IMG/VR virus record: IMGVR_UViG_3300020220_003261
Strand: one strand, 5' to 3'
DNA from: a virus
DNA: 64,000 nt
Below, in pieces: positions 1 through 10,314 of this stretch (positions are counted from its first letter, which is position 1; each line of letters begins with the position of its first letter). The notes under the pieces were generated by a model that had not been told where the DNA came from, made no database searches, and saw nothing but the letters and a program-made list of their open reading frames with translations. Both the position numbers and the translations under genes were made by a program.

Positions 1-777
1 GGTATACCCGGTTATGATTTTTTAATCGGATTTACCTCGTATTCAAGATACGCAGTTCAAATATTTGATATTGATAATAATATTATTCATTTAGAATCTA
101 ATATAACAACCAATTATAAAACTAATATTGCTTTAACTATTGACACATATGAAAAAGAAATAAAGATGTATCAAGATGGTGTATTAGTGGACAGTAAAAA
201 AATAAAAAAATTAAGAGATTATTATAGTAAGAATAGAAAATTTTATTTAGGATGTAGTAACCCTAATAGAAAAGACAATCAAAAATTTTTTAAGGGCACC
301 ATATCTAACTTTGCAGTTTTTTCTGACGTGTTAAATTATGATGAAATCAAAGAAATTTCAGATAACAAGTATTTTGGATTGACACAAAACTTCGGTAACT
401 ATAAATCAGACCATAGAGTGATATTATATTATGATGCTAAATTTATAAAGGGTTATAAATTAATTGATTTAAGTGGGAATGGTAATGACGGTGAAATACA
501 CAATTGTGAAATCGTAGGTGAATCATTTGAAGATTACATTGAAATCGAAATACCATACAGAAGAAAATCAACATTTGAATTGATTCCACATAGAGAAAAT
601 GGGTATATTAAAAATGGATGGAAAAATAAATTAACCAGATACAATCAATTAAGATTTTATAATGAAACTCTTAAAGGTTCTACAGATTTTAAAAAAGATG
701 GTTTAAATAATTGTGAATATGTTGAACATTCATACGTAAAAAATAAAAACGAAAATCATATTATTGTAGGAATATAA
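1..777 (+). CDS. GT7 (beta-1,4-galactosyltransferase-like) protein with LamG/ConA insert; 5'-truncated by window edge
   Basis: Frame 1 is open from base 1 (GIPGYDFLIG...) into the 166..777 ORF. C-terminus PYRR..F..IPH.ENG...KDGLN parallels the next gene; LamG-like FYLG..N..FFKGTISNFAVF segment. Confidence 0.75.
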   Translation, partial: GIPGYDFLIGFTSYSRYAVQIFDIDNNIIHLESNITTNYKTNIALTIDTYEKEIKMYQDGVLVDSKKIKKLRDYYSKNRKFYLGCSNPNRKDNQKFFKGTISNFAVFSDVLNYDEIKEISDNKYFGLTQNFGNYKSDHRVILYYDAKFIKGYKLIDLSGNGNDGEIHNCEIVGESFEDYIEIEIPYRRKSTFELIPHRENGYIKNGWKNKLTRYNQLRFYNETLKGSTDFKKDGLNNCEYVEHSYVKNKNENHIIVGI

Positions 778-2201
778 TGGGACATAAGTTAGGTATTTGT
801 ATACCATATAGAAATAGAAAAGATCATATTGATAAATTGATTCCTCATCTATCAAAGTATCTCGGTAATGTTGGAATTGATCACAAATTTTATGTCGGTC
901 ATCAAGTAGACGATAAACTTTTCAATAGAGGGGCAATGAAAAATATTGCAGCTCATTATGCTTTTCAAGAAGGATGTGATTATATTGCTTGGCATGATGT
1001 AGATATGTTAAGTGAAGATAGAGATGGTTTTATTTGTGATTATTCGTATCCGAATTTGAATCCAATTCACATTGCCACAAAATTGTCAAAATACAATTAT
1101 GGTTTAGGTTACGATCAATACTTTGGAGGAGTAGTTCTTTTTACAAAGGAACAGGCTTATCAAACAAATGGTTATTCAAATGATTATTGGGATTGGGGTC
1201 AAGAAGACGATGATTTATTTTGGAGATGTTATTTTGAAGGTATGACGACTGGAAAAATGCTTGAGGGTCATGGTGAAAGAATTGTTGCTGAATTTAATGG
1301 AGATAGTTCTTTTTTAAAAATACCAACAAACAGAGAAATATCTTATTCATTACACAACGAATTCACAATTTCTATTTTATTCAAGGCAGAACAACAACCT
1401 GAAAAAGTTCCAATTTGGCTTGTTGGTGATAAAGAAAAAAAATTCATAGAATATCCTTTAATAAGAAAAGATGGTGCGTGGACTTGGGGACTATCATTCA
1501 ATAATTCAAGAGCTGTAACTATGGTCTTGTTTGATAAAAATAATCAACATTATTATAATTGGGCAAAAAGATTTGAAAACTTATGGACGTGGGTAACTTT
1601 ATCATATTCAAAAGAAAAACGAGGAGCATACCTTTTTGTAAATAATGAATTAATTTGTCAAATGAATGGTGTTAAGGAAAACAAACCATTTTCTGTTAAA
1701 GAAGATCTTAGAACTTTAGATTCAATAAAACCATTTATTATTGGACACTGTCCACATTTAAACACTTTTTATAAAGGGAAAATTGCAGAGATAAAAATCT
1801 CAAATCAATTTACCGAAAATGTTAAAAAAGGAGTCAATAATTTACTATCTCATTATGATTTTGATAAAGGTTTTTTAAATCTTATTGATAAAAAAGAATT
1901 TGAAAATTTTGATGTTAAATTTTCAAAAGAAAATGTTGAAATTATCGAAAATATTTTACCTTTTAGAAGAGAAGGTAATTTTTATTGTATACCACATACT
2001 GATGAAGGTTTTGTAAATGGAACTTGGGCTAAGGGTGAATCAACTGCAAGAAATGAAAGGAGATTTGTAACAGAAATGCAACAGAAAAAAATTAACTATA
2101 AAGAAGATGGATTAAATAAAATTTTAGATGTTTTAACAATTGATGTTATAGATGAAGAACTATACCCTAACACAAAATTTATAAATGTAAGAATGAAATG
2201 A
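777..2201 (+). CDS. GT7 family glycosyltransferase with inserted LamG/ConA-like domain
   Basis: ICIPYRNR, FNRGAMKN, WHDVDM (DxD), YFGGV, GYSNDYWDWGQEDDDLFWR and C-terminal EDGLN match beta4GalT motifs; about 230-aa beta-rich LamG-like insert. Confidence 0.85.
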   Translation: MGHKLGICIPYRNRKDHIDKLIPHLSKYLGNVGIDHKFYVGHQVDDKLFNRGAMKNIAAHYAFQEGCDYIAWHDVDMLSEDRDGFICDYSYPNLNPIHIATKLSKYNYGLGYDQYFGGVVLFTKEQAYQTNGYSNDYWDWGQEDDDLFWRCYFEGMTTGKMLEGHGERIVAEFNGDSSFLKIPTNREISYSLHNEFTISILFKAEQQPEKVPIWLVGDKEKKFIEYPLIRKDGAWTWGLSFNNSRAVTMVLFDKNNQHYYNWAKRFENLWTWVTLSYSKEKRGAYLFVNNELICQMNGVKENKPFSVKEDLRTLDSIKPFIIGHCPHLNTFYKGKIAEIKISNQFTENVKKGVNNLLSHYDFDKGFLNLIDKKEFENFDVKFSKENVEIIENILPFRREGNFYCIPHTDEGFVNGTWAKGESTARNERRFVTEMQQKKINYKEDGLNKILDVLTIDVIDEELYPNTKFINVRMK

Positions 2202-4294
2202 AAATAGAATATCAAAAGCCGTGGTTTATAAAACCAAAATTAACTGAACCACAAACTAATCCACTTATTGATGGTCAATTTACTGTTTCACTTACATTTC
2301 AAGTAGGTAAGGATTTTAAAAAAGACAATAAAATTGGATTTTGGGGTGTGCCAGGTAAAAATATTGGAATTAGTTACGATTACGAAGTGAATTATTTTGT
2401 ATTTGAATTTTGGACTAAAGAAGAAAATGGTGAGGGTAAATTTAATTGTCACATTTATGATTGTATAAATGACAAATCACTTCATAAGGTTTTAAACATA
2501 ACAGTTGTATTCGATGGTGAAATTTATTATTTGTACAAAGATTATAAATTATTTGATACAATAATGAATTCAGCTCAATTGATTGATGATTATAAAAATG
2601 AACCCATTTATTTAGGATGTCATAATATTGATAGTTTAAATCAAAAACACAAATGTATAACTGAATTGGATGTTTTTCATTTTAGTGCTTATAAAAATGC
2701 AATAGATATTGACACAATAAAAAAATATATTGAGAATCCTAAAGAATTACAATTATCGGAAGATTTTAAAAGTACATATTGTTTTTATGATTTAGAAAAT
2801 ACGAATGAAGAATTTTTAATTTTAGATTCTTTTGTTAAGAAAACATTTTTGAAGAAAAAAAATAAAATGTCTTCTGTTGGTTTTGAAATTACAAAAGATA
2901 AATTAGATAGTGTTGGATGTGGTTTTTGTTTGGCAAAATGGACACAAGTTACAATGCATTTACATAATGGTACAACACATAGTTGTCACCACCCCGAACC
3001 ACATAAAATAGGTTTAGAAGAGATTAAAAGAAATCCAACCGCATTACACAATAGTAAAATAAAAAAACAGGCAAGAAAAGACATGTTAGAAGATAAACGA
3101 CCTTCAGAATGTCAATATTGTTGGAATGTTGAAGATAATTCATCATCATTTTCTGATAGAATTTTTAAATCTGCAGAACCGTGGTCTGAACCTTATTTTG
3201 ATGAAATTGCGAAATCAGATTGGAGAGAAGATTATAATCCAAAATATGCCGAAATAAGTTTTTCAAACACTTGTAATTTTAAATGTGCATATTGTGGTCC
3301 AGAATATTCATCAAAATGGATGGAAGAAATTAATGAATTTGGACCTTACAATCTTTCGTTTGAGTACAATGGTACGAGAAGAATGGAGGAAAGAAACACT
3401 AAACCATATAAACAAACACAAGAAAATCCATATGTTAATGCATTTTGGGAATGGTTTCCTGAATTGTACAATAGTTTAGATACATTTAGAATAACAGGAG
3501 GAGAACCATTATTACATAAAGATACTTGGAAAGTTTTAGATTATATTATTGATTCTGAAACTCCAAACAAAAATTTAAAATTATCAATTAATAGTAATTT
3601 AGGAGTTCCAGATGAATTGATTGATAAACTAATTGAAAAATTAGATAAAATTATCAGATGGGAAAGAGTACATGAAATGATAATTTTTACAAGTTGTGAT
3701 GGATATGGTAAACAAGCAGAATACACTAGATATGGATTAGATTTTGAAAAATTATTTCAAAATATAGATAAAATATTAACTAAACTGCCAAGAGTTACTA
3801 TAGTGATAATGTCAACTTTCAATGTATTCAGTATATTTTCATATGAATTATTGATTAAAAAGATATATAAAATGAAATTAAAACATTTCAATAATAAAAG
3901 ATATTGGAATACTGCATTAATTTTAGATACATCTTATTTGAGACACCCACCATTTATGAGTTTCAGAATACTTAAAAATTTTATAAATTTAGATTATTTT
4001 AATCGTTGGATTAAGTATATGAAATTCAATTCAACATTTAGAAGTCTTAACTTTCATAAAACCCAACACATAAGTGATGTGGGTTTCTCAACTCAAGAAA
4101 TAGAAAAAATTAATAGAATTAAAGATATATTTGTTGCAGATTATGAAACACCTATTGAACTTTTTAATAAAGATAAAATAGATTTTTCAAAATTTATAAA
4201 AGAATATGAAGTGAGGAGGGGGTACAATTGTTTGGAATATTTTCCTGAATTAAAAGAATTTATAAAATTAATTGAAAATGAAAATACAATATAA
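2198..4294 (+). CDS. LamG-like domain fused to twitch-domain radical SAM enzyme
   Basis: CLAKW..CHH..CQYCW twitch-like cysteines, then NTCNFKCAYC (CxxxCxxC) and ITGGEPLLH; N-terminal 220 aa LamG-like. Confidence 0.8.
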   Translation: MKIEYQKPWFIKPKLTEPQTNPLIDGQFTVSLTFQVGKDFKKDNKIGFWGVPGKNIGISYDYEVNYFVFEFWTKEENGEGKFNCHIYDCINDKSLHKVLNITVVFDGEIYYLYKDYKLFDTIMNSAQLIDDYKNEPIYLGCHNIDSLNQKHKCITELDVFHFSAYKNAIDIDTIKKYIENPKELQLSEDFKSTYCFYDLENTNEEFLILDSFVKKTFLKKKNKMSSVGFEITKDKLDSVGCGFCLAKWTQVTMHLHNGTTHSCHHPEPHKIGLEEIKRNPTALHNSKIKKQARKDMLEDKRPSECQYCWNVEDNSSSFSDRIFKSAEPWSEPYFDEIAKSDWREDYNPKYAEISFSNTCNFKCAYCGPEYSSKWMEEINEFGPYNLSFEYNGTRRMEERNTKPYKQTQENPYVNAFWEWFPELYNSLDTFRITGGEPLLHKDTWKVLDYIIDSETPNKNLKLSINSNLGVPDELIDKLIEKLDKIIRWERVHEMIIFTSCDGYGKQAEYTRYGLDFEKLFQNIDKILTKLPRVTIVIMSTFNVFSIFSYELLIKKIYKMKLKHFNNKRYWNTALILDTSYLRHPPFMSFRILKNFINLDYFNRWIKYMKFNSTFRSLNFHKTQHISDVGFSTQEIEKINRIKDIFVADYETPIELFNKDKIDFSKFIKEYEVRRGYNCLEYFPELKEFIKLIENENTI

Positions 4295-5015
4295 AGAACC
4301 ATATTGGGTAAAATTTGAATGGGATGTATCTGAACATCATGATAACCAATATGTGACCGCATTTGATAAAAGTGAAAACATAATATTTAGAGATTTTTTA
4401 CACAAAGACAAATACATATTAACTTGTAACTTCAAGTTAAAAAAACACTATAAAAAAGATGAAATATGTATGGTATTTGGTAAACCAGGTAAAAACTTAG
4501 GTTTATCGTACAATGAGGGGTCTAAAGTTTTAGCTTTTGAATTTTGGACTAAATCCGAAGATGGGGATAAGTTCAATATGGTAATATCTAAAACTGTAAC
4601 AACTAAGGACATTGAAAACGGAGTCACTATATCAATAGTAAGAGACGTTAATAAAATATCAATTTTTAAAAATTTTGAATTTGATAATACAGTAGAATTC
4701 AATGGTAATTTAGTTGATGACTATAAGGATAATGCTTTTTTTATTGGTTGTTCAAGTCCAGATATAGAATCAGAAAAACATAGATATTATTGTGAGGTTA
4801 GTATAAATCATTTATCACACATATCAAATACAAATAGTATTGAAATAGCTAAAGAAATTTGTGAAAACGAAACTCATAACTTACCAATGAGAAAATATTA
4901 TGAAGATATTTTATTCTATTATGATTTCAAAACAGTAAACAATATTGGTATTGTTTATGATGAATCAAAGTATACAAATTTTTTAGAAAAAGTTCCAACA
5001 GAGTATATTAAGTAA
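4278..5015 (+). CDS. Standalone LamG/ConA-like domain protein
   Basis: Paralogous to the N-terminus of 2198..4294 (KIQYKEPYW/KIEYQKPWF, GKPGKNLGLSY/GVPGKNIGISY, FEFWTK). ATG at 4278 preferred over TTG 4272. Confidence 0.7.
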   Translation: MKIQYKEPYWVKFEWDVSEHHDNQYVTAFDKSENIIFRDFLHKDKYILTCNFKLKKHYKKDEICMVFGKPGKNLGLSYNEGSKVLAFEFWTKSEDGDKFNMVISKTVTTKDIENGVTISIVRDVNKISIFKNFEFDNTVEFNGNLVDDYKDNAFFIGCSSPDIESEKHRYYCEVSINHLSHISNTNSIEIAKEICENETHNLPMRKYYEDILFYYDFKTVNNIGIVYDESKYTNFLEKVPTEYIK

Positions 5016-5046
5016 AATAAATTAATTAAATTATAATAAAAAAATT

Positions 5047-6495
5047 ATGTCAAAACAATTAGTAAAATGGAGAGATAAACATTTAAATTCTATAAGTAAT
5101 AGTTTTTGTGCGGCAAAATGGTTCAATGTAAGTTTACATTTAGGACACGGTTTTACAAATTCGTGTCATTTACCACTACCACATCCAATAGATTTGGAAA
5201 AAATTAAAACAAATCCCTCTGCACTTCATAATACTGATTTCAAAAAGGAGATTAGGAAGATGATGTTAGAAGGAACAAGACCGGCCGAATGTTCGTATTG
5301 TTGGAGAATTGAGGACATTGGTAGAAATAATGTTTCTGACAGGGTCTATAAAAGTCAAATATACAAGGAACAAGACATTGCTTCCATAAAAGACATACCA
5401 TGGGACGCTGATGTTATGCCAAAAACAATTGAAGTAAGTTTTGATAGAATTTGTAATTTTGCATGTACTTATTGCAATTCGGGTTATAGTACGAAATGGG
5501 GAAAAGACATTAAAGATAATGGACCGTATCAAAAGTTCAAAACAACGAGTGCGGGTGCATATTATGCAGACGGTTCATGGTCTGAAATATATGGAAAGTA
5601 TGGTGAGAATAATCCTTATGTTAAAGCATTCTTAGAATGGTGGCCTGAATTATCACAAAATTTAGAAGAAATTAGAATTACTGGTGGAGAGCCCTCCCAA
5701 AGCCATAACTTTTGGAAGTTTATGGAAATAGTAAAACAATATGATTCTCCGAATCTAAGAGTAGCTATTAATTCAAATTTAGGACAAACAGAGAGAACTA
5801 TTGATAGACTTATAAATGTAACAAAAGAAATAAAGGTAAAAGAATTTGATTTATACACAAGTTGTGAAGCATATGGAAAACATGCAGAATATATTAGAGA
5901 TGGTTTGAATTATAAAATATGGAGACAAAACTTAGTCAATATAATTGAAAATGCGAATATCAGACAAGTTGTTATTATGATGACAATAAATAATTTGTGT
6001 CTATTCAGTATCACTGATTTTATGAATGATATGTTAGAATTAAAAGCTAAGTATGGTTGGAATAAACCAATTTTAGATTTAAACATTCTGAGATGGCCCG
6101 CATTTATGTCACCACTTACCTTACCCAATGAATTTAAACACATATTACATGACAATTTGAAAACATGGTATGAAATGCAAGAGAATAATGAACTTTTAAA
6201 CATACATGAGAGAGGTCAAATTGAAAGACTAATTGATTACATAGAAGTTGTCAATAGAGGACATATTACAACAGAATTAGATAATGTATCACAATATCAT
6301 GATTTTAAAAGCTTTTATGTCCAATACGATTTAAGAAGAAATAAAAATTTTCAAGATACTTTTCCACAATTATCAGATTGGTTTAATGAAATTATAGTTG
6401 ATAAAAGTATACCTGATGTTAGTGTAACAGACGGAAGAATCACACATTTTGAACCAGGAATATACGTGTCAGATAAAGATAATTACAATAAGTAA
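5047..6495 (+). CDS. Twitch-domain radical SAM enzyme
   Basis: FCAAKW..SCH..CSYCW, ICNFACTYC, ITGGEP; paralogue of the C-terminal part of 2198..4294. Confidence 0.85.
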   Translation: MSKQLVKWRDKHLNSISNSFCAAKWFNVSLHLGHGFTNSCHLPLPHPIDLEKIKTNPSALHNTDFKKEIRKMMLEGTRPAECSYCWRIEDIGRNNVSDRVYKSQIYKEQDIASIKDIPWDADVMPKTIEVSFDRICNFACTYCNSGYSTKWGKDIKDNGPYQKFKTTSAGAYYADGSWSEIYGKYGENNPYVKAFLEWWPELSQNLEEIRITGGEPSQSHNFWKFMEIVKQYDSPNLRVAINSNLGQTERTIDRLINVTKEIKVKEFDLYTSCEAYGKHAEYIRDGLNYKIWRQNLVNIIENANIRQVVIMMTINNLCLFSITDFMNDMLELKAKYGWNKPILDLNILRWPAFMSPLTLPNEFKHILHDNLKTWYEMQENNELLNIHERGQIERLIDYIEVVNRGHITTELDNVSQYHDFKSFYVQYDLRRNKNFQDTFPQLSDWFNEIIVDKSIPDVSVTDGRITHFEPGIYVSDKDNYNK

Positions 6496-6560
6496 TGATT
6501 ACATATAATAAGACCTTAAGGTGAATATAAATTAGATTCAAAACCCATTTCTAAATCAAA

Positions 6561-7865
6561 ATGATGAATTTTTTGTTTGAAGATATTAAAGAATTAAAAA
6601 ATTTTATTGCATGTAAAGATCTTTGTCCTTCAGGTATTCCAAGATTTGGAGTTTCACCATTAGTTAATGTTATAAACATTCTCATATACGAAAAAAAACA
6701 TGGATTCAAATCTGTTGAGGTTGAGTGTGATAATTACATAATTTCAGCGGGTGTTAACCATAGTCCAGATGATTGGACAGGGTATAATCCGAGAGTTGAA
6801 AGTCTATTCAGTTACTTAAATGAAAAATACCTTAACGATTTAAGAAGTGGAAAGGCACTCATTATGTTAGATCAAAGTTTTGAAGGGTACCAAACTAATT
6901 GGTTATGGGAATGGTTTCATCAAGAATGTTCAAATCATAATATTCCCCCACAATCAATTGTATATGTGACGGGTAACATGATTGTAGATGAGGTATATAC
7001 AGAATGGGCAGATAAAAATAATATCAATGAAAGAATAAAACCAATTGGTTATCCACATTTTGAAATTGATGTAGCAATGAATGCAATAAACAGACCTACA
7101 GTTTCAAATCAACTACCATTACCAACATTCAAAGAACATGTGGAATATAAAAGTAAAAATAAGATAAAAACTTTTTCATGTCTTAATAAAAGAATTAGAC
7201 CACATAGGGTTTGGTTTTATAATTATTTATTTCACTCAGGATTGATTGAAATGGGTTTGGTGAGTATGAATGAGTTTTATAAAAATTCATATAAATGGGA
7301 AGGAAAAGAAATACCTTTGGATGTAATTGATAAATTAGGAGATTCATTACCACTTAGAGTTTACGGCAAACCAAACGACGAACTCGATGATAATTTTTAT
7401 ATTAATAGATTTAATCCTGAAATTTGTTTAGATACGTATGTTAGTGTCGTTAGTGAAGCACATTGTGGTGATAGTGATCAAACTATGTTTTTGAGTGAAA
7501 AAATATTCAAACCTATTGCAACAAGGCATCCGTTCATGGTAATGGGTAATAAAAATAGTATGAAAAAAATGAGGGAAATTGGTTACAAAACATTTGATGA
7601 ATTTATTGACCAATCTTATGACTCTTTACCTACACACGAAAGATTACAATATCTTATAGAGTGTATAAGAAAAATTGATAATATCGAGGATAAACAATCA
7701 TGGTTTAAATCTATGGAAAACGATGTGGAACATAATTATAATGTTTTAATTGGTAATATATTTAATAAAAAAGTTCCCGCTTTTACAAAATTAGAAGAAT
7801 ACTATAAACAATATTTTAAAATAGAATTTGATGCAACAAAGAAGATACCTACCAACATTATCTGA
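6561..7865 (+). CDS. Putative GT-B glycosyltransferase (GT10-like paralogue family, copy 1)
   Basis: VSVVSE..FLSEKIFKPI..HPFMVMG..GYKTFDEFIDQSYD motif shared by six paralogues; resembles the EN..(I/V)TEK donor-binding motif of GT10. Confidence 0.5.
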   Translation: MMNFLFEDIKELKNFIACKDLCPSGIPRFGVSPLVNVINILIYEKKHGFKSVEVECDNYIISAGVNHSPDDWTGYNPRVESLFSYLNEKYLNDLRSGKALIMLDQSFEGYQTNWLWEWFHQECSNHNIPPQSIVYVTGNMIVDEVYTEWADKNNINERIKPIGYPHFEIDVAMNAINRPTVSNQLPLPTFKEHVEYKSKNKIKTFSCLNKRIRPHRVWFYNYLFHSGLIEMGLVSMNEFYKNSYKWEGKEIPLDVIDKLGDSLPLRVYGKPNDELDDNFYINRFNPEICLDTYVSVVSEAHCGDSDQTMFLSEKIFKPIATRHPFMVMGNKNSMKKMREIGYKTFDEFIDQSYDSLPTHERLQYLIECIRKIDNIEDKQSWFKSMENDVEHNYNVLIGNIFNKKVPAFTKLEEYYKQYFKIEFDATKKIPTNII

Positions 7866-8235
7866 ACTTATAGATAGACTGACAATAACACAATTAAAAG
7901 AGGTTAAAATACCAAAACATAAAGAAATGTATGCTCAAGAAATTGCGGATATTGTTCACGATATTCAACTTATCTTAAATAATTCAGATAATGTGATTAC
8001 TGCTGAGCAAATAAGAGCAATTATAGTTTTAGCACAAATGAATGCACATATTTGGTATAACGAATCAAATGTTAGAAGTGGATCCGCGGGTCCAAATATG
8101 TTAGCTCTAACTCATGGTATCAATGGGATTAGAAATACTGCAAAAAATAAAATTCAAGAAGTTGTTGGTGGTAGAAAAGACTATAAAATAGATTGTTTGG
8201 CTGCAGAGTTTAAAGATTGGGAAATTAGTTGGTAA
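7831..8235 (+). CDS. DUF6165-like helical protein
   Basis: PTLSELIDRLTITQLK, MNAHIWYNESNVR and NGIRNTAKNKI resemble my recollection of the DUF6165 consensus. ATG 7831 preferred. Confidence 0.45.
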   Translation: MQQRRYLPTLSELIDRLTITQLKEVKIPKHKEMYAQEIADIVHDIQLILNNSDNVITAEQIRAIIVLAQMNAHIWYNESNVRSGSAGPNMLALTHGINGIRNTAKNKIQEVVGGRKDYKIDCLAAEFKDWEISW

Positions 8236-8238
8236 CTT

Positions 8239-9012
8239 ATGTTAAGAGTATATGGAGATAGTTGGACAGAAGGTCAAGGCGCTAACCTTGAAAAAGAAAA
8301 TTCACTAAAGAATAGAGATGAATTACAGAAATTTAGGAATGAATTTTCTTGGGCCAAAGTATTATCTGATAAAATCAATTTAGAACACACAAATGATGGT
8401 TTATCGGGGCACTCAAACTTAAAAATTTTTAATAAAATTTCATCAGACGTAAAGAATGGTATAATTACAAAGAATGACTTAGTGATAATAATGTGGTCAT
8501 CTTCACTTAGAGATACTGTAAACTTTCTTCCTAATAATGAATGGATTAGTTGGTCTGTTAGGCAATTAATAAATACACCTAATAGATTTATAAATTCGTT
8601 TGTAAGTGGAGATGAAAAATACGATAACTTTCTTCAAACATATAAAGAATTATATATAAGTGAACTTTTTAATCAAAATTATTATAACATAGTCAATCAA
8701 AAATATATAATATTTATACAGAAATTATTAGAATTTTATAATGTGAAATATATAATGTGTGACGCATTTGAAAGAATGATCATAGATTTAAATAAAAAAG
8801 ATGATATTACTAAACATATAAATAAAGATTCATATTGGGGTTTTAATAATAAATGTTTTAGAGAGTATCTAACTGAATTAAAAAGAGACGACATTTGGGA
8901 AGTAAAAAATATGACAAAAGATATTTTTTTAAGTCTACATCCTAATAAAATTGGTTATCAAATTATTTCAGATGTTTTATATAATTTTTTAAAAAAATTA
9001 AAATATGTTTAA
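8239..9012 (+). CDS. SGNH/GDSL hydrolase-family protein
   Basis: VYGDSWTEG block I, G..G.SN block II, HPNKIGY C-terminal His. Confidence 0.75.
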   Translation: MLRVYGDSWTEGQGANLEKENSLKNRDELQKFRNEFSWAKVLSDKINLEHTNDGLSGHSNLKIFNKISSDVKNGIITKNDLVIIMWSSSLRDTVNFLPNNEWISWSVRQLINTPNRFINSFVSGDEKYDNFLQTYKELYISELFNQNYYNIVNQKYIIFIQKLLEFYNVKYIMCDAFERMIIDLNKKDDITKHINKDSYWGFNNKCFREYLTELKRDDIWEVKNMTKDIFLSLHPNKIGYQIISDVLYNFLKKLKYV

Positions 9013-9769
9013 ATATTTGAATGATTTAGAAGTAAAAAAATTACTATTTGATTGGAAATACAAAGGATATGCAATTATTGATATGTTATCTATAGAAGAA
9101 TGTAATGATATAAATAATGAATTAAATAAATTGAGAATTAATAGAAATAATAATTTAGAAAAAAATTGGGATATATATGAACCATATATGCACCCACATA
9201 AAGAATCAGAATTAATTGAAAAGATTTTTGCTCATCCTAAGGCAATAGAAGTAATGGAATTACTTTTAGGGAATAATTTAGAGGGAGTTCAAACGTGGGC
9301 GTATTTTAAACCACCCGGTGAATTAGGTAGAGACGCTCACCAAGACGGGTTTTACAGTCAATCTATATGGAACACAATAGCTAATGTTAGTGTTGCACTC
9401 GATGACACCGATGAAACAAATGGAGGTATTTGGGCTTATGAATCTTCCCATTTATTACCACTATTGGAAATTGAGGTTGATGAAGAAAGAATTAAAACAA
9501 ACCCATCCAACTGGAGAAATGAGAGAGGTAAACCTTGTAAAATGCCAAATGGGCATAATTTTTCAAAAGTTTATCCATCATTGAAAAAAGGACAATCATT
9601 TTTAATACATTCACATTTAGTTCATGGTTCAGATGATAACAATTCAGAAAATTTTAGAAGATCAATTCTGATGGGTTATAAAACTATTGGGACACCTATT
9701 AGACAAGGTGAACATATGAAAAGAATTCCGGTTGATGTGTATGAGTTAAGAAATAAATTATGGAATTAA
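9005..9769 (+). CDS. PhyH-family 2OG-Fe(II) dioxygenase
   Basis: YFKPPG, HQD (HxD), VALDD..ETNGGI, LVHGS..N..RRS. Confidence 0.85.
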   Translation: MFKYLNDLEVKKLLFDWKYKGYAIIDMLSIEECNDINNELNKLRINRNNNLEKNWDIYEPYMHPHKESELIEKIFAHPKAIEVMELLLGNNLEGVQTWAYFKPPGELGRDAHQDGFYSQSIWNTIANVSVALDDTDETNGGIWAYESSHLLPLLEIEVDEERIKTNPSNWRNERGKPCKMPNGHNFSKVYPSLKKGQSFLIHSHLVHGSDDNNSENFRRSILMGYKTIGTPIRQGEHMKRIPVDVYELRNKLWN

Positions 9770-10314
9770 TTTGAATAATATAATTCGGGATATTCGACTA
9801 TTATATGTATACCACCTTTTTCATAGACATTTTTATATATCGATTCAATATTTTCCCAAGATAATAAATCGTGAAATTGAATGTTTTTACACATTGATTT
9901 ATATTCATTTATATAATTACCCTTATGTTGGTGACCAGGATCTAAAGGTTTGACTGATCCCTTTCCGAGTCTTATAATCATATTAGGTTTCCATTCACCT
10001 TTACTCATCAAAACAATTTTATCAACGTGATTTACCAATTGATTTGTTGCACATATTAAAAAATCCCATCTTGGATAAAAAGTAATAACAAATTTACCAG
10101 CCATCGCCATTCCTAAAGACATACCCATTTGAGATTCCTCCATTACTGGCAACTCAATAAGTTTATTTTTGGGAACGTTTCCAATCGTTGTGCTCATAGG
10201 ATTCCCATGCCAAACTATTTGTTGACCAATAAAAATCGTATCTTCTTTTTGACCTAGTAATGTCATTGAATTTGTTAACGCATCTTTGTATGGTGTATAT
10301 TCTGGTTTACTCAT
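9766..10314 (-). CDS. TPP-dependent dehydrogenase E1 beta-like subunit (pyrimidine-binding domain only)
   Basis: ELPVMEESQMGMSLGMAMAG..DFLICATNQLVN; lacks the transketolase C-terminal domain. Confidence 0.8.
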   Translation of the reverse strand: MSKPEYTPYKDALTNSMTLLGQKEDTIFIGQQIVWHGNPMSTTIGNVPKNKLIELPVMEESQMGMSLGMAMAGKFVITFYPRWDFLICATNQLVNHVDKIVLMSKGEWKPNMIIRLGKGSVKPLDPGHQHKGNYINEYKSMCKNIQFHDLLSWENIESIYKNVYEKGGIHIIVEYPELYYSN

